Notes under the pieces: generated by a model
What the model was told of the DNA's origin: nothing
The model's database searches: none
The model's input: only the letters and a program-made list of their open reading frames with translations
Made by a program: the position numbers and the translations under genes
NCBI GenBank assembly: GCA_002104905.1
Contig: MCFE01000482.1
Coordinates: forward strand, 1-64,000
Direction of reading: 5' to 3'
Length of the DNA stretch: 64,000 bases
Origin: Basidiobolus meristosporus CBS 931.73
Lineage: Eukaryota; Fungi; Basidiobolomycota
Part shown: positions 46,615-59,854 of the stretch, piece by piece
Position numbering within the stretch: position 1 is the first letter of the stretch
How the letters are laid out: each line of letters begins with the position of its first letter

Positions 46615-49600
46615 TGTTGTAAGAGTCTTGGAGATATTGGAAGTGATTGGGAGAACAAGTATATTATGTGGTTTTCACATGCTGAATTATTGAATGTAAA
46701 AGTAGTATTTATACCTTTACCTGGTCTTTGCATTACAAACATGTAGAATAGGTTAAGAAAGGTCCCAAGAGCATGTGTGCAAAGTTTGGGGGTGTTTAGA
46801 CAACTTTGAGAATTTCATGTTCTGGGTGCCTGGTATTTTGGTGACAATATTCCAAGTAAATCCAAACAAGGAATTTGGTCAGTATTTTCTAGGATTTGAG
46901 GGTAGTGATTTAAGTGACTAAGTTGGGTGAATATTTAGGTGGAGTTACAAACTTTACAACACTCCCACTCAGCTAAATGCTCATACTGACTAGTCCTAAT
47001 TTTGACCCCAGATGTATAAACTTGTCTCTAGCTAATGGTTTGGTAAATATGTCTGCAATCACTTCATCTGTAGGACAGTAAACTAAGCTAACTAAGTTAT
47101 TCTCTATAGCTTCACATATGAAATGATGTCTAATATCTATGTGCTTAGTTCTAGCATGAAAAGTTGGATTTCTACCTAATTGTATATATCCTTGATTATC
47201 TTGAAATATAGTAATAGGTGTTTTTTGACATAGAGCTAAATCTGTCAAGAGCTTTCTTAACCACATTGCTTCTTTTGTAGCTTCACAGGCTGCCATGTAC
47301 TCTGCCTCTGTGATAGAAAGTGCTACAGTTAGTTGCTTTCTTGAATTCCATGAAATTGCTCCTTTACAGTAAAGAAAGGTGTATCCTGTGGTGGATCTTC
47401 TGTCTTCTAAATTTTGACCCCAATCAGCAACAGAGTATCCCACAAGATCCTGTTCTGAATCCTTATAAGTGTATCTTAAGCAGATATCAGCAGTTCCTTT
47501 TGGGTATCTAAAAATCTGCTAACTGCTGCAATATGATCAGATCCATAGTTCTGATTATGTTGGCTGACAACTCCCACTGAATATGAGATATCTGGACATG
47601 TTCCAAGCATGATATACATCAGACTACCAACTATAGATTGATAAGGAAAGTCAGGGCTTTAAAATGGCACCAAGCTCTCTTGATTTGGTCAAGTTTTGAC
47701 CAAGTTAAGGTTTGCCTCCATTGGGGTAGCTGCTGGTTTTCATTCTTCTATTTGGTACTTCTTTAGTATACCTTGAATATACTTGGATTGGCTTAGGGTG
47801 ATAGTCTGGGCACTTCTGTCTATGGAGAACTTAATCCCTAAGTAGTAACTAAGTTCTCCTAGATTGGACATCTTGAACTCCTTAGATAGGCTGGATTTAG
47901 TCTCTTCCAATGTTTCTAGGTTATTGGTGGCTATAATAAGATCATCCACATATAGAGCTAATAGAACTGGATTTGCTCTATCTGGCTTATAGTATATACT
48001 ATAGTCAGCATTACTCCTTTTGAAACTCAAAGATTCCAAACAAAAATCTATCTTGCAATTCCAGGCTCTTGGTGATTGTTTGAGACCATATAGTGACTTT
48101 TTAAGCTTGCAGACCAAATGGGGCTTATCTTAGTCAGCAAACCCATCAGGCTGGTCCATATACACGTCCCCATCAAGTTCTCCATTCAAAAATGCAGCTT
48201 TTACATCCATTTGATGAATAAAAAACTAATATTTGGCTGCAATAGCCAATTTTAATCTGATGGAATTAAACTTGGCTACTGGTGCAAAGGTCTCACTATG
48301 GTCAAGTCCTTTTGACTGACAGTATCCTTTGGGCACAAGGCTAGCTTTGTATCTTTCAATTGTACTATCAGCCTTGTATTGTGTCTTGAAGACCCATCAG
48401 CATCCAAATGATTTTTGGTTGATTGGAAATTTGACCAAGTCCCAAGTTTGATTTTCCATCAGGGCCTGATATTCCTCAGTCATTGCAGATCTCCAGAACT
48501 TTGTCTGAGGGCTATTTAGGGCCACTTTTACAGTCTGGGGCTCATCAATATGGACTGAATAGGCATAGGCTAAGTTTGTACCCTCATTGATATGGTAATT
48601 TGGGCTATTTCTTGTCCAATTGGATCTCTAGGCGTTTGATACTGGAATGATCACTTCTGGGATATTCCTGGGCACTGATTCTGGCTGAACCATGGTTGTA
48701 GAGTCCTTTGGGGAGAAAAAATTTTCACTGTTTTGTGCTAATTCAATCCTGACAATTGGTGGACTTGGGATCAGATTTTGTCATCATCTGATGTCATTTT
48801 TTGTGAAAATTTTGAATTTTCATCACACAGCACATCCCTGGATTTAATTGGCTTCTTTGCTTTGGTATTGTAGAGTCTGTATGCTTTACTCTCATTGCAG
48901 TAGCCCAAATATATGCATTTTACACTTGTTGGCTCAAATTTTGATTGATTTACCAGCAGTTTCTTGGCATATGCTGTATACCCAAATACTGTTAGATGTT
49001 CTGAACTTGGTCTGTATCCATACCATGCTTCAAATGGAGTAGAATCCCAAAGGTTTCTGCTATAACTCCTATTTTTAAGATATACAGCAGTGGTAACTGA
49101 TTCCGCCCAAAAATCATAGATTAGTTTTTGATCATGGATCATAGATCTTACCATATCAATTATTGATCTGTTAGCATATTCTGCTACTCCATTATGCTGT
49201 GGGGAGTATGGTACAGTAGTCTCTTGCTTTATCCCATGAATTTTGCAGAAGTGGATGAAGAGTTTTGAGGTATATTATCCACCATTGTCAGAGCATATAT
49301 TCTTGATTTTTTCACCATTTTCTCTCTCCACCATGGCTTTGAACTCCCTGAGCCTAGACAGAGCTTCTTCCTTTCTCTCCATGAAGTAGACCCATGTGTA
49401 TCTGATATAATCATCAATAAAAGTGATTAAATACTTCATCCTGCCTAAGGATAAATTTTGCATAGATCCACACAGATCTGAGTGAATTAGATCTAATTTT
49501 TTCTTAGTATTGATCAACCCAGAGCTCTTGAACAGTTGTCTGGCTTGTTTCCCATATATGCAGGCTTCACAGTGCTCCAAATTAGCTGGGGGATCAATCT

Positions 49601-52097
49601 TTACTCCAGCAATTAGCTGATCTTTGATCATGTGGCACAAATAAACAAAATTGATGTGCCCAAATCTCCTGTGCCAAGGCATTAGTGTTTCTTCATTTAA
49701 GTTACTTATGTTGGCTTCCAAATATGATGGAATCTGAGTCAACTTGTATAGGTTCTAATCTCTGATACCCAAAGCAATATGGGCACCATTTTGATCAGTG
49801 ATCTTGCATCCAGAATTGTCAAAGCTTAAATGAGTCCCTCTGCAGTGGCCTTGCTTACAGATAATAGGTTCTTGGCTATTTCTGGTACATAGAGAACTTC
49901 TTTAAAGGTCAGTATTTGGCTTCCTTAACTGCTTCTTCCATTTATTTGGATAGTTCCTTCTCCCACTGCATCAAGTGTTCTTGTGTCACCCATGAACACC
50001 TTAATTGGAATTTCTTGATATTGGGTAAAAAGTCTTTTTGGTGTGTAAAGTGTTGAGATGCTCCAGAGTTGATATACCACATCTGAGAATCCTTGTTTGT
50101 GGTCATATATAGTGCAGATATGAATAGTCTATCTTCAGTTGTTGCTGCATTTCCATATTCAGGCTTCTTTTGCTGATTATCTTTCTTTTTGAAGCACTGG
50201 TCTGATGTGTGTCCATTCCATTTGCGGTAGTTACAAAACAGGTTGCTATTGCCTTTGTAGGGTCTTGGGTACCTCCTTTGTTGGTTATCATTGCTAATTA
50301 AAGCATTTTCTTCTTCCTTCTTATTGGCACTGTAGTGGGTAAACATACCTCTCACAGACAAGTTCACTCATATAGCCATTATGATATACTTATCCATATT
50401 TTATCTTATCAGTATTATCCCATTCTTCCTTTGCCCATATTATCAGTATTATCCCCATATGATGTTTACCCTGATTAGTTATTAGCATTAGTTATCCCAG
50501 ATGTTATTCAGCTTTGTGATCAGTTTATGTATCCACATAAGGCAAATACCCACATCAGTACCAATTACACATGACCTAGATCTGTGTAACCATCCCTACC
50601 ATTTCAATACCATATATGGTATTTCTATGTTGCACAGGTTTCACACTACTGATTCCTGATTGGTTGGATGTGCTGTGCCTTTTAGAAACTTCCAGGACAT
50701 TCATGGCATATTTCTAGCTCATAGTGATGTCATCAAGAATTCCACTGATGCCAAGAATCTTCTAGAACCTTGTGATTAGTAATCACTTGGCAATCAGGAA
50801 AAGTATATAAGGGAACGCAATCCCTCATCAATAAATCATCCCTTCTATGAGTAACACTTCTACCTTATTGATTAGCAGTTGATCACTGCACCTGCCTTCA
50901 ACAGTACATCTCAGACCTGCCATCAAGGAGCTTTTCAGGGTAGCACACAAGACACACAGAGGCCTTTGGAGACACTTGGAGCACCTAGGAAGCTAGAGAA
51001 GCAGGAGCTTTTACCATAGTGACATACTGACAAAGACACCAGCAGTTTAGACACAGAGGCTATTGCACCCATCAAACACTTCACACACCTTGAGTTGTGT
51101 AACTTCTCCCAGGAGTACCTCTACACCACCACAGCGCTTGATTTTCTTAATTCTTCATCCAGGAGCCTTCCATATACATAATTTAAGGTCAAATCTTCAG
51201 TTCCGGACTCTAGGGCTGATACAAGGCCTTAAAACTTGTCTGTCAGGCTATTCAGGATGGTAACTATCACATCCTCATCAGCAGTTGGTACGCCCACAGA
51301 TTCCATCTCATCTACCAGCAGGGTAATTCTGTTAGTTAGATTTCTCATTTCTTCTCCTGGCAGCATCTTTGTAGTAAAGAATTCTTGTCTCAGATACATT
51401 TTCTTAGCAGCTGAACATGACTGGTAGGTGTCTTCTAATGCCTTCCATGCATTCTTTGCCATTTTTGCTCTTGAGCAATGAATTAGCAATTTGTCCTTAA
51501 CATTATGGCAAATGCAGTTCAAGGCACTTTGTTCTTTCTTCTAGTACTTCAAGGCTTCCTCTCCCACATTTTTAGGAGGGCATTCATCTCCCATGACAAT
51601 ATCCCAAAGGCCTCTTTCTTGTAGCAGCATCCTCATCTTCACCTTCCACACTTGGTAGTTAGATCCATCCAGCTTTTCAGCAGAGGGAAAAACTCCAGTA
51701 ATAGCAGTAGTAGACATTGCAGAGAGTGACAGCTTAGGGCTCATAGCCTGTTGTAAGAGTCTTGGAGATATTGGAAGTGAATGGGAGAACAAGTATATTA
51801 TGTGGTTTTCACTTAATAATTTATTGAATGTATAAGTAGTATTTATACTTTTACATGGTCTTGGCATTACAAGCACATAGAATAGGTTAAGGAAGGTTCC
51901 AAGAGCATGTGTGCAAAGTTTGGGGCTGTTTGGACAACTTTGAAAATCTTCATGTTCTGAGTACCTGGTATTTTGGAGAAAATATTCCAAGTAAATCCCA
52001 ACAAGGAATTTGGTCAGTATTCTCTAGGATATGAAGGTAATGATCTAAGTGACTAAGTTAGGTGAATACTTAGGTGGGAATACAAATTTTTACAACA
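46615..52097 (-). mobile_element. Copia element C (3' LTR 46615-46961, 5' LTR 51749-52097), degenerate
   Basis: Complete gag-PR-IN-RT-RH order in fragments, PBS and PPT present; flanks GAAAG and GCTTA do not match. Confidence 0.9.
50331..51133. mobile_element. Solo LTR of an unrelated family (803 bp, Ty3/gypsy-like by inference) inserted in gag of element C
   Basis: TGTAGT...ACCACA termini; 4-bp duplication GCAC/GCGC; internal TATATAA; gag rejoins across it. Confidence 0.72.
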
Positions 52098-52113
52098 GCT
52101 TATGGTATATACT

Positions 52114-52324
52114 AGACTTGTTCTATTGTGCCATTGAACATAGTGCCAGAAAGTGCTGTATATTTTGCTATTGATTTGATATTTTAGGGTCATATGCATG
52201 TCAACTTTGATCTCAAATTGGCACTGTATGGCACCATCTGGCACTCTGTGGCATGATCAGGCACCATCTGGCATGCTATGGCACTATTGGGCACTATGAT
52301 CAGCTGGAATGATGGAACAGGTCT
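52114..52324. mobile_element. Internally deleted second copy of the foldback/MITE family (211 bp)
   Basis: AGACTTGTTC...GAACAGGTCT termini, 3-bp TSD ACT, dense GGCAC/GTGCC motifs; inserted in RT ADYSIY codons of element B. Confidence 0.85.
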
Positions 52325-55300
52325 ACTATAGTCAGCATTACTCCTTTTGAAACTCAAAGATTCCAAATAAAAATCTATCTTGCAATTCCTGGCTCTTGGT
52401 GATTGTTTGAGACCATACAGTGACTTTTAAGCCTGCAGACCAAATGGGGTCTATCTTGGTCAACAAGCCCATCAGGCTAGTCCACATACACATCCTCATC
52501 AAGTTCTCCATTCAAAAATGCAGTTTTTACATCCATTTGATGAATAAAAAACTAATATTTGGCTGCAATAGCCAATTTTAATCTGATGGAATTAAACTTG
52601 GCTACCTGTGCAAAGGTCTCAGTATGGTCAAGTCCTTTTGTCTGAGAGTATCCTTTGGGCACAAGGCTTGCTCTGTATCTTTCAATTGTACTATCAGCCT
52701 TGTATTGTGTCTTGAAGACCCATCTGCATCCAATTGATTTTTGGTTGATTGGAAATTTGACCAAGTCCCAAGTTCAATTTTCCATCAGGGCCTGATATTC
52801 CTCAGGCATTGCAGATCTCCAGAACTCTGTCTGAGGGCTATTTAGGGCCACTTTTACAGTCTGGGGCTCATCAATATGGACTGAGTAGGCATAGGCTAAG
52901 TTTGTCCCCTTGTTAATATAGTAATTTGCACTATTTCTTGTCCAATTGGATCTCCAGGCATTTGATACTGGAATGATCACTTCTGGGATATTCCTGGGCA
53001 CTGATTCACACTGAACCACCAATGTAGAGCTCTCTGGAGTAAAAAGACTTCATCATTTTACTCTGATTCAATCCTGACAATTGGTGGACTTGGGATCAGA
53101 TTTTTGTCATCATCTGATGTCATTTTTTGTGAAAATATTGAATTTTCATCAAACAACACATCCCTGGACTTGATTAGCTACTTTACTTTGGTATTGTAGA
53201 GTCTGTATGCTTTACTCTCATTGCAGTAGCCCAAAAATATGCATTTTACACTTGTTGGCTCATATTTTGATTGATTTACTGGCAGTTTCTTGGTATTTGC
53301 TGTACACCCAAATATTCATAGATGCTCTGCACTTGATCTGTATTCATACCATGCTTCAAATGGAGTAGAATCCCAAAGGTTTCTGCTATAACTCCTATTT
53401 TTAAGATATACAGCAGTGGCAACTGATTCCGCCCAAAAATCATAGGATAATTTTTGATCTTGGATGACATATCTTGCCATATCAATTATTGATCTATTAG
53501 CACATTCTGCTACTTCATTTTGCTGTGGGGAGTATGGTACAGTAGTCTCTTGCTTTATCCCATGAATTTTGCAGAAGTGAATGAAGAGTATTGAGATATA
53601 TCTTGCACCATTGTCAGAGCATGTTTTCTTGATTTTTTCACCAGTTTCTCTCTGCACAATGGCTTAAAGCTCCCTGAGCTTAGACAGAGCTTCTTCCCTT
53701 CTCTCCATGCAATAGACCCATATGTATCTGACATAATCATCAATAAAAGTGATTAAATAGTTTATCCTGCCTAAGGATAAATTTTGCTTAGGTCCACACA
53801 GATCTGAGTGGATTAGATCTAATTTTTTCTTAGTTTTGATCAGCACAGAGCTATTGAATGGTTGTCTGGCTTGTTTCCCATATATGCAGGCTTCACAGTG
53901 CTCCAAATTGGCTGGGCAATCAATTCTTACTCCACAAATTTGCTGATCTTTGATCATTTTGCACAAGTAATCAAAACTGATGTGTCCAAATCTCCTGTGC
54001 CAAATCATTGATGTTTCTTCATTTAAGTTACCTATATTGGCTTCCAAATATGATGGAATATAAGTTGACTTATGTAGATTCTGACCTCTGATTCCCAAGG
54101 CAATATGGGCACCATTTTGATCAGTGATCTTGCATCCAGAATTGACAAAGCTGAAACTGAGTCCTTCTGCAGTGGCCTTGCTTGCAGATAGTGAATTCTT
54201 GGCTATATCTGGCACATAGGGTACTTCTTTAAAGGTCAGTATTTGGCTTCCTTAACTGCTTCTTCCATTTATTTGGATAGTTCCTTCTCCCACTGCATCA
54301 AGTGTTCTACTGTCACCCATGAACACCTTCTTAATTGAAATTTCTTAATATTGGGTATAAAGTTCTTTTTGATGTGTAAAGTGTTGAGATGCTCCAGAGT
54401 CAATATACCACATCTGAGAATCCTTGTTTGTGGTCATATATAGTGCAGATATGAATAGTCTATCTTCAGTTGTTGCAGCATTTCCATATTCAGGCTTTTT
54501 CTGCTGATTATAAATCTTTTTGAAGCACTGGTCTGATGTGTGTCCTTTCCTTTTGCAGTAGTTGCAAAACAGGTTGCTCTTGCCTTTGTACGGTCTTGGG
54601 TACCTCCTTTGCTGGTTATCACTGCTTATTAAAGCATTCTCTTCTTCCTTCTTATTGGCACTTGATTTTCTTAATTCTCCATCCAGGAGCCTTCCATATA
54701 CATAATTTAAGGTCAAATCTTCAGTTCTGGACTCTAGGGCTGATACAAGGCCCTGCATCCTGTCTGTCAGGCGATTCAGGATGGTAACTATCACATCCTC
54801 ATCAGTAGTTGGTATGCCCACAGATTCCATCTCATCTACCAGCAGGGTAATTCTGTTAATTAGATTTTCATTTCTTCTCCTGGCAACATCTTTGTAGTAA
54901 GGAATTTTTGTCTCAGATACATTTTCTTAGCAGCTGAACATGACTGGTAGGTGTCTTTTAATGTCTTCCAGGCATTCTTTGCCATTTTTTCTCTTGGGCA
55001 ATGAAGTAACAATTTGTCCTTAACATTATGGCAAATGCAGTTAAAGACACTTTGTTCTCTCTTCTAGTACATTAAGGCTTCCTCTCCCACGTTTTTAGGA
55101 GGGCATTCTTCTCCCATGACAACATCCCAAAAGCCTCTTTCTTGTAGCTGCATCTTTGTCTTCACCATCCGCACTTGGTAGTTGGATCCATCTAACTTTT
55201 CAGCAGAGGGAAAAACTCCAGTAATAGCAGTAGTAGACATTGCAGAGAGTGACAGCTCATGGCTGGTAACCTGTTGTATGAGTTTTGGAGATATTGGAAG

Positions 55301-56214
55301 TGATTAGGAGAGCATGTGGATTTTGTGGTTTTCACTTAATAATTAATTGAATGTAAAAGTAGTATTTATACTTTTACATGGTCTTGGCATTACAAGCACA
55401 TAGAATAGGTTAAGGAAAGTTCCAAGAGCATGTGTGCAAAGTTTGGGGCTGTTTGGATAACTTTGAGAATCTTCATGTTCTGGGTACCTGGTTTTTTGGA
55501 GAAAATATTCCAAGTAAATCCCAACAAGGAATTTGGTCAGTATTCTCTAGGATTTGAGTGTAATGATCCAAGTGACTAAGTTAGGTGAATATTTAGGTGG
55601 AATTACAAATTTTCACAACACTTGAGACCTTCCTTAACCTATTCTATATGCTTGTTATAACAAGACCATGTAAAAGTATAAAAACTACTTTACATTCAGT
55701 AAATCATTAAGTTAAAACCACATAAACTACTTGTCCTCCCATATCACTAACAAGATCTTCAAGACTCTTACTACAATTGTTGCCATCCTGAATAGCCTAA
55801 CAGACATGTGTCAGGGCCTTGCATGAGCCCTAGAGTACAGAACTGAAGATTTGTCCTTAAATTATCTATATGCAGTGCTCCTGGATGAAGAATTAAAAGA
55901 AATCAAGTGTTAACAAGAAGGAAGAAGAAAATGGTTTAATAAGCAATGTTAACCAACAAAGGAGGTATCCAATGTGAGTACTATAAGTAATACCCACTCT
56001 TTGCCCAACAGTTCCCCCAGAGTCCTACCACAAGATGCAGATGTGTTGTCAAGACAAAATACAAGGCTGATGGTACAGTTGAAAGCTATAAAGCAAGACT
56101 TGTAGACAAAGGATACTCTCAAACAAAAGGAATTGAATAGATGGAGACCTTTGCACTGGTGGCCAAGTTTAATTCCATTGGGTCAATATTGACTACTCTA
56201 TGAGCAATAATTTG

Positions 56215-58760
56215 GTCCTTTGGGTGAATCCAATCTGGATCAGCCATCAGGATTACATTTAGAGACCATCATAACACCAGCAGCTTGGAATTAGTAACCC
56301 TCTTAAAAATCTTATGACAGGATCACAATGGCTTTAGCTAATTTACTGCCAAATAAACTTATAAAACTTTATGGGGTTTGATTGGTGCAGTGGCAATAAT
56401 TGCATGGCATAGTAGCAGTTTTGATGCACTCTACAATTATTCTAAATGGATCTAACCAACCAGTACATCCAAATGCCTTATATGGCAAGAGACTTGATGG
56501 TGTTTTGATGACTTCTTTGCAAGTCTCTGATGGCATTATCATGGCAGTATGGCAGCCTACAGCTAGCTCTGTATAGTGCTACTGAACCGCTTTACCAAAT
56601 GGTATTTCCTTTTTCTAGCTCACCTTGTGCAATTCATATATTCTACTGTAGATTCACCCCTCTTTATTTGCTTACCCACTACTACCTTGGGTATTCCACA
56701 TATAGTTTGAATCAATAAATACTATGGCCTCATACTTGCAAACCTCTGCAAATGCACACACCTGCCGCAATTGACATACTGCTATTACCTCAACTTTGCA
56801 GCTTCTTTGTGATATACTTGCAGAGTTACCATATACCTTGTACTGCTGGTAACATATGCATCTTGCAACCATATGCTTGGTTGCACCATTTCTGCTGTGA
56901 ATACCTCCTGAATATCTGCAAAGTGCTTTTTGGTATTTAGCAAATATATTCCTTCTCCCTGCTGGATTCTAGTCCCCCTTATAGGTGTACACTGGCTCTT
57001 GTTTGTGTGAATTCTGTATTGAATGGTGTAGAAGTGGGCTTGTGACCAAGAGAAACCCAGTATACTTTGGTTGAGCTTTTCTAATAAAAGTTAGTTGCTT
57101 GTTGCACCCAATCCAACTTTGCATTACTTAACTGCTTACCCACTCCTTGGGGCTGCTAAGCTTCTTAATGTCATAGGTATAGGTGTCTCAACGTGCACAT
57201 TTTTCCTCAGTATTTTCCAACTCTTCCTGGTTGTCCTCCATGTATCAGCTCATCACATTCATCACTGGCTTGAAGGTAATATTCTTGATGAGATTGGGAT
57301 ATGGTAGTATCAGCTACTTGACTTGTCTTCCTATCCCCCCACACACCCGCTCCATAGGAAACTCCCAAAAGGTGAAGCAATGCCCAATATTCTCCATACA
57401 CCAAGCAAGATGGAGTAGAGAATGAATACAGTAGTGGCAGAGAACTACATGCTCAGCTTTGTGTGTGTAGTATAGCTGCTCAAGCCCGGTTACAAACTCC
57501 TTGCACAACAGCTGTAGATGTGTCAAGTTGGCATTGGTGATCCACTTTTCCCTATGAAAAATCTCAAACTTGGAATTCATATGATCTTCAGCTGGTATTT
57601 GGCTGGTACTCTAATCTTATTTTGCTGGTATTCAGCTGGTGATTATGGCTTGAAATTTCAAATGCAATTTTTGTTGGAAGTTAAGGGTAGCTAAATACTA
57701 GATATGGTATGGATGCTAGCTGGCCTAGTCACCCCCTAGAGAGTTTTTTTGCTTGCCTGCCCATCAACCAACAACAGTGATACTGAAAGTTGTCAATTTT
57801 GAGTAACTTGCAATTCAGACAATATTATGACAGTATTCTGCTGGCCTTTTCTTAATTTTCTTCTTAGGGTTTTGGATAAATATCCCTACAATGTGCCCAT
57901 ATGACTCCCAATGCTTCCAATGTACTCTTGGTAGGAGTGGCTTCAGAATGCCACTTGAATAAATACATATTCAGTTCATCCAGTGTTTGCACTTGTACTG
58001 TTGCATATGCCTATAAATACTGATTGGAGCCTGCAAGAAATATTTAGGGTAGCAGATACTCTGTAATATCTTGCCAACTCTTTCAAATTTCCCTGGTATC
58101 TTAAAGGGCTCATTTAGCTTGAAATGCCCCATGTACAACTTGGTAATTAGCATAGGGATATTGTTGAAAAGCAAATGCATTACTCCCAGTTGAAAGCTTC
58201 TGCTCCAACTGATACCCTCTGTCTTAAGTATTTCCAGTTTCCAGTTGATCCCATATTCTAGCCAATGGCTTATAGCTTGCCAACTTTGCTACAATTGCAT
58301 GCTGACTTCTGCATGTTCTCTCTGTGGGAAGATGATATTCTTAGCATTGGTGTTTGGGTAAAAATAATGCATGTGGTTATGGAGTAAATCCTCTGGATCT
58401 CACACATTTGACAGCAATACTGTCAATTGTGCCCAGGAAAGCCAGCAATCTTACTGATGGCTGGGGTATCTCCAATGCAGATAATAATATGTGCTTTGAC
58501 ATGATAGCCATTCACTGTTGTCCCACTAGAAAGCATATAAAAGTCATCTGGTAATGGATACAGGTAGCTATCCAGGTTGAACAGTGCTTTAGGCCCAGAT
58601 AAAAGTGTGAGTACAATCAGATTTCTACTCTGATATTGAAAGATACATGGCAGATTCAGGTTGATGGGAGTCAGTAGCCAGCAGGATTTGCTGGTAGAGT
58701 ACTTGCTTAATGAGAATCCATCAAGTGCTAAGGCAAAGGCATGGCCATACATACCTTCAG
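56215..58760 (-). pseudogene. CACTA/EnSpm-type (tnp2-like) transposase relic
   Basis: Fragments ALDGF...NLNLP...GPK...LDSYLYPL...GDTPAISKIAGFPGH, then MHLLFNN...YKCKHWMN, then HSLLHL...FWEFPMERVCG. Confidence 0.78.
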
Positions 58761-59164
58761 AGTAGCCCTTGCTTCTTAGCTGTTTGCGATGTTTGCCTAC
58801 ACATATATTGGATATGTTTACGCTTGATTTGTACTGAGCCTGGTACTTTATAGCTCATACCAAAGCATTAATGAAGCAATTAGGTGCAGTGGCTGATAGG
58901 ATAGATGCAATGGCCTACAGACATCAGGAAGTAGTCAAGAAACAGAGTGAGTGGATAATATGTGTAGAGCAATCAATATCTCAGGTAGAGAAAGCAGTAT
59001 CTTTGCGGCAAAGAAGCAACTCAAGTAGCTCAATGTTGCAGCCATGATTTGAGCCATTTCCCAATGTAGCAGCTGAGGAACACTGTACAGTCTTTGAAGC
59101 ACAACCACAGGACTTAAGGATAAAGCCCACAGAGAGGCCTATTGCTGCATAAGAGTGAGACAAT

Positions 59165-59854
59165 GTGGTGTCTATCCCAAAGCCTAAAAATCAAAACCCA
59201 TTGAAGATCCATGAAGATCATCAGTGCAATGATGAAAAGTGGGCTAATACTCAAAAGGATGTCAGATGTCAAGCACACCATCACCTCAAGGCCAGCATAC
59301 CATGGAGCCACCAGGAACTCAAGGCCAAGGAGAATGCACTTGACTTGTTCCATGGGAATTATCCTGGCTTCAAATGGGCAAACAAATTTTGGGCCAGCAT
59401 TGATATGCTAAGAAAGTATCTTAGGAGTAGCAGAAACTACCAATGGCAGAAGAACAAGAGTGCTATGGATAAAAGCCAGCAGCTACCTCAAGAGCCCTTT
59501 ACAAGCAGGGCCAAAAGCTTCAAACCAGCATCAAAGTGACATCAGGTAGCTGGAAGAGTGCCAATAAGGGACAAGCAGGCAGACTCAGATGTACCAGCAC
59601 AACATTTATTAAGGCAGCAGCTTTCTCAGGAGCCCTTCACAACTATGGCAAAGGCTCAAAGCAAGTGGAAAAGTAGTTTCAGGCTGCCCACAGAGTGCCA
59701 GCTAGGGATAAGCATGCCAAAACATATATGTCAGAGCAGAATTTATCAAGGAGAAAATGTAGTTCATCACAATAAGCAACCAGACAAAGTAGCAGTGAAA
59801 GAACTGGCAGTGATAAAGAAAAAGGTACAGGGAAAAATGTCTACCTTAGCCTGA
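59165..59854 (+). other. Decayed ORF(s) in CpG-depleted TE territory, possibly a transposon accessory gene
   Basis: W..QELKAKENALDLFHGNYPGFKWANKFWASIDMLRKYLRS; a repeated QQLxQEPFT unit; function not recognised. Confidence 0.3.

Larger units (their letters stand above)
45908..55620 (-). mobile_element. Copia element B (3' LTR 45908-46255, 5' LTR 55272-55620), interrupted by element C and a MITE
   Basis: 5-bp TSD CTTGA at 45903-45907 and 55621-55625; gag/PR/IN/RT relics 52098-55270; RNase H end 46267-46614. Confidence 0.9.
45725..55775 (+). repeat. Solo copia LTR split in two (45725-45907 and 55621-55775) by element B
   Basis: The halves rejoin as one LTR across a CTTGA duplication; outer TSD ATAGT/ATTGT. 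Confidence 0.85.
45240..56190 (+). mobile_element. Oldest copia layer (element A): PBS + gag 45240-45724, resuming at 55776, then a deleted RT remnant
   Basis: gag DEDVI / VAILNSL rejoins across the ATAGT/ATTGT duplication; RT remnant KYKADGTVESYKARLV near 56055-56100. Confidence 0.82.
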
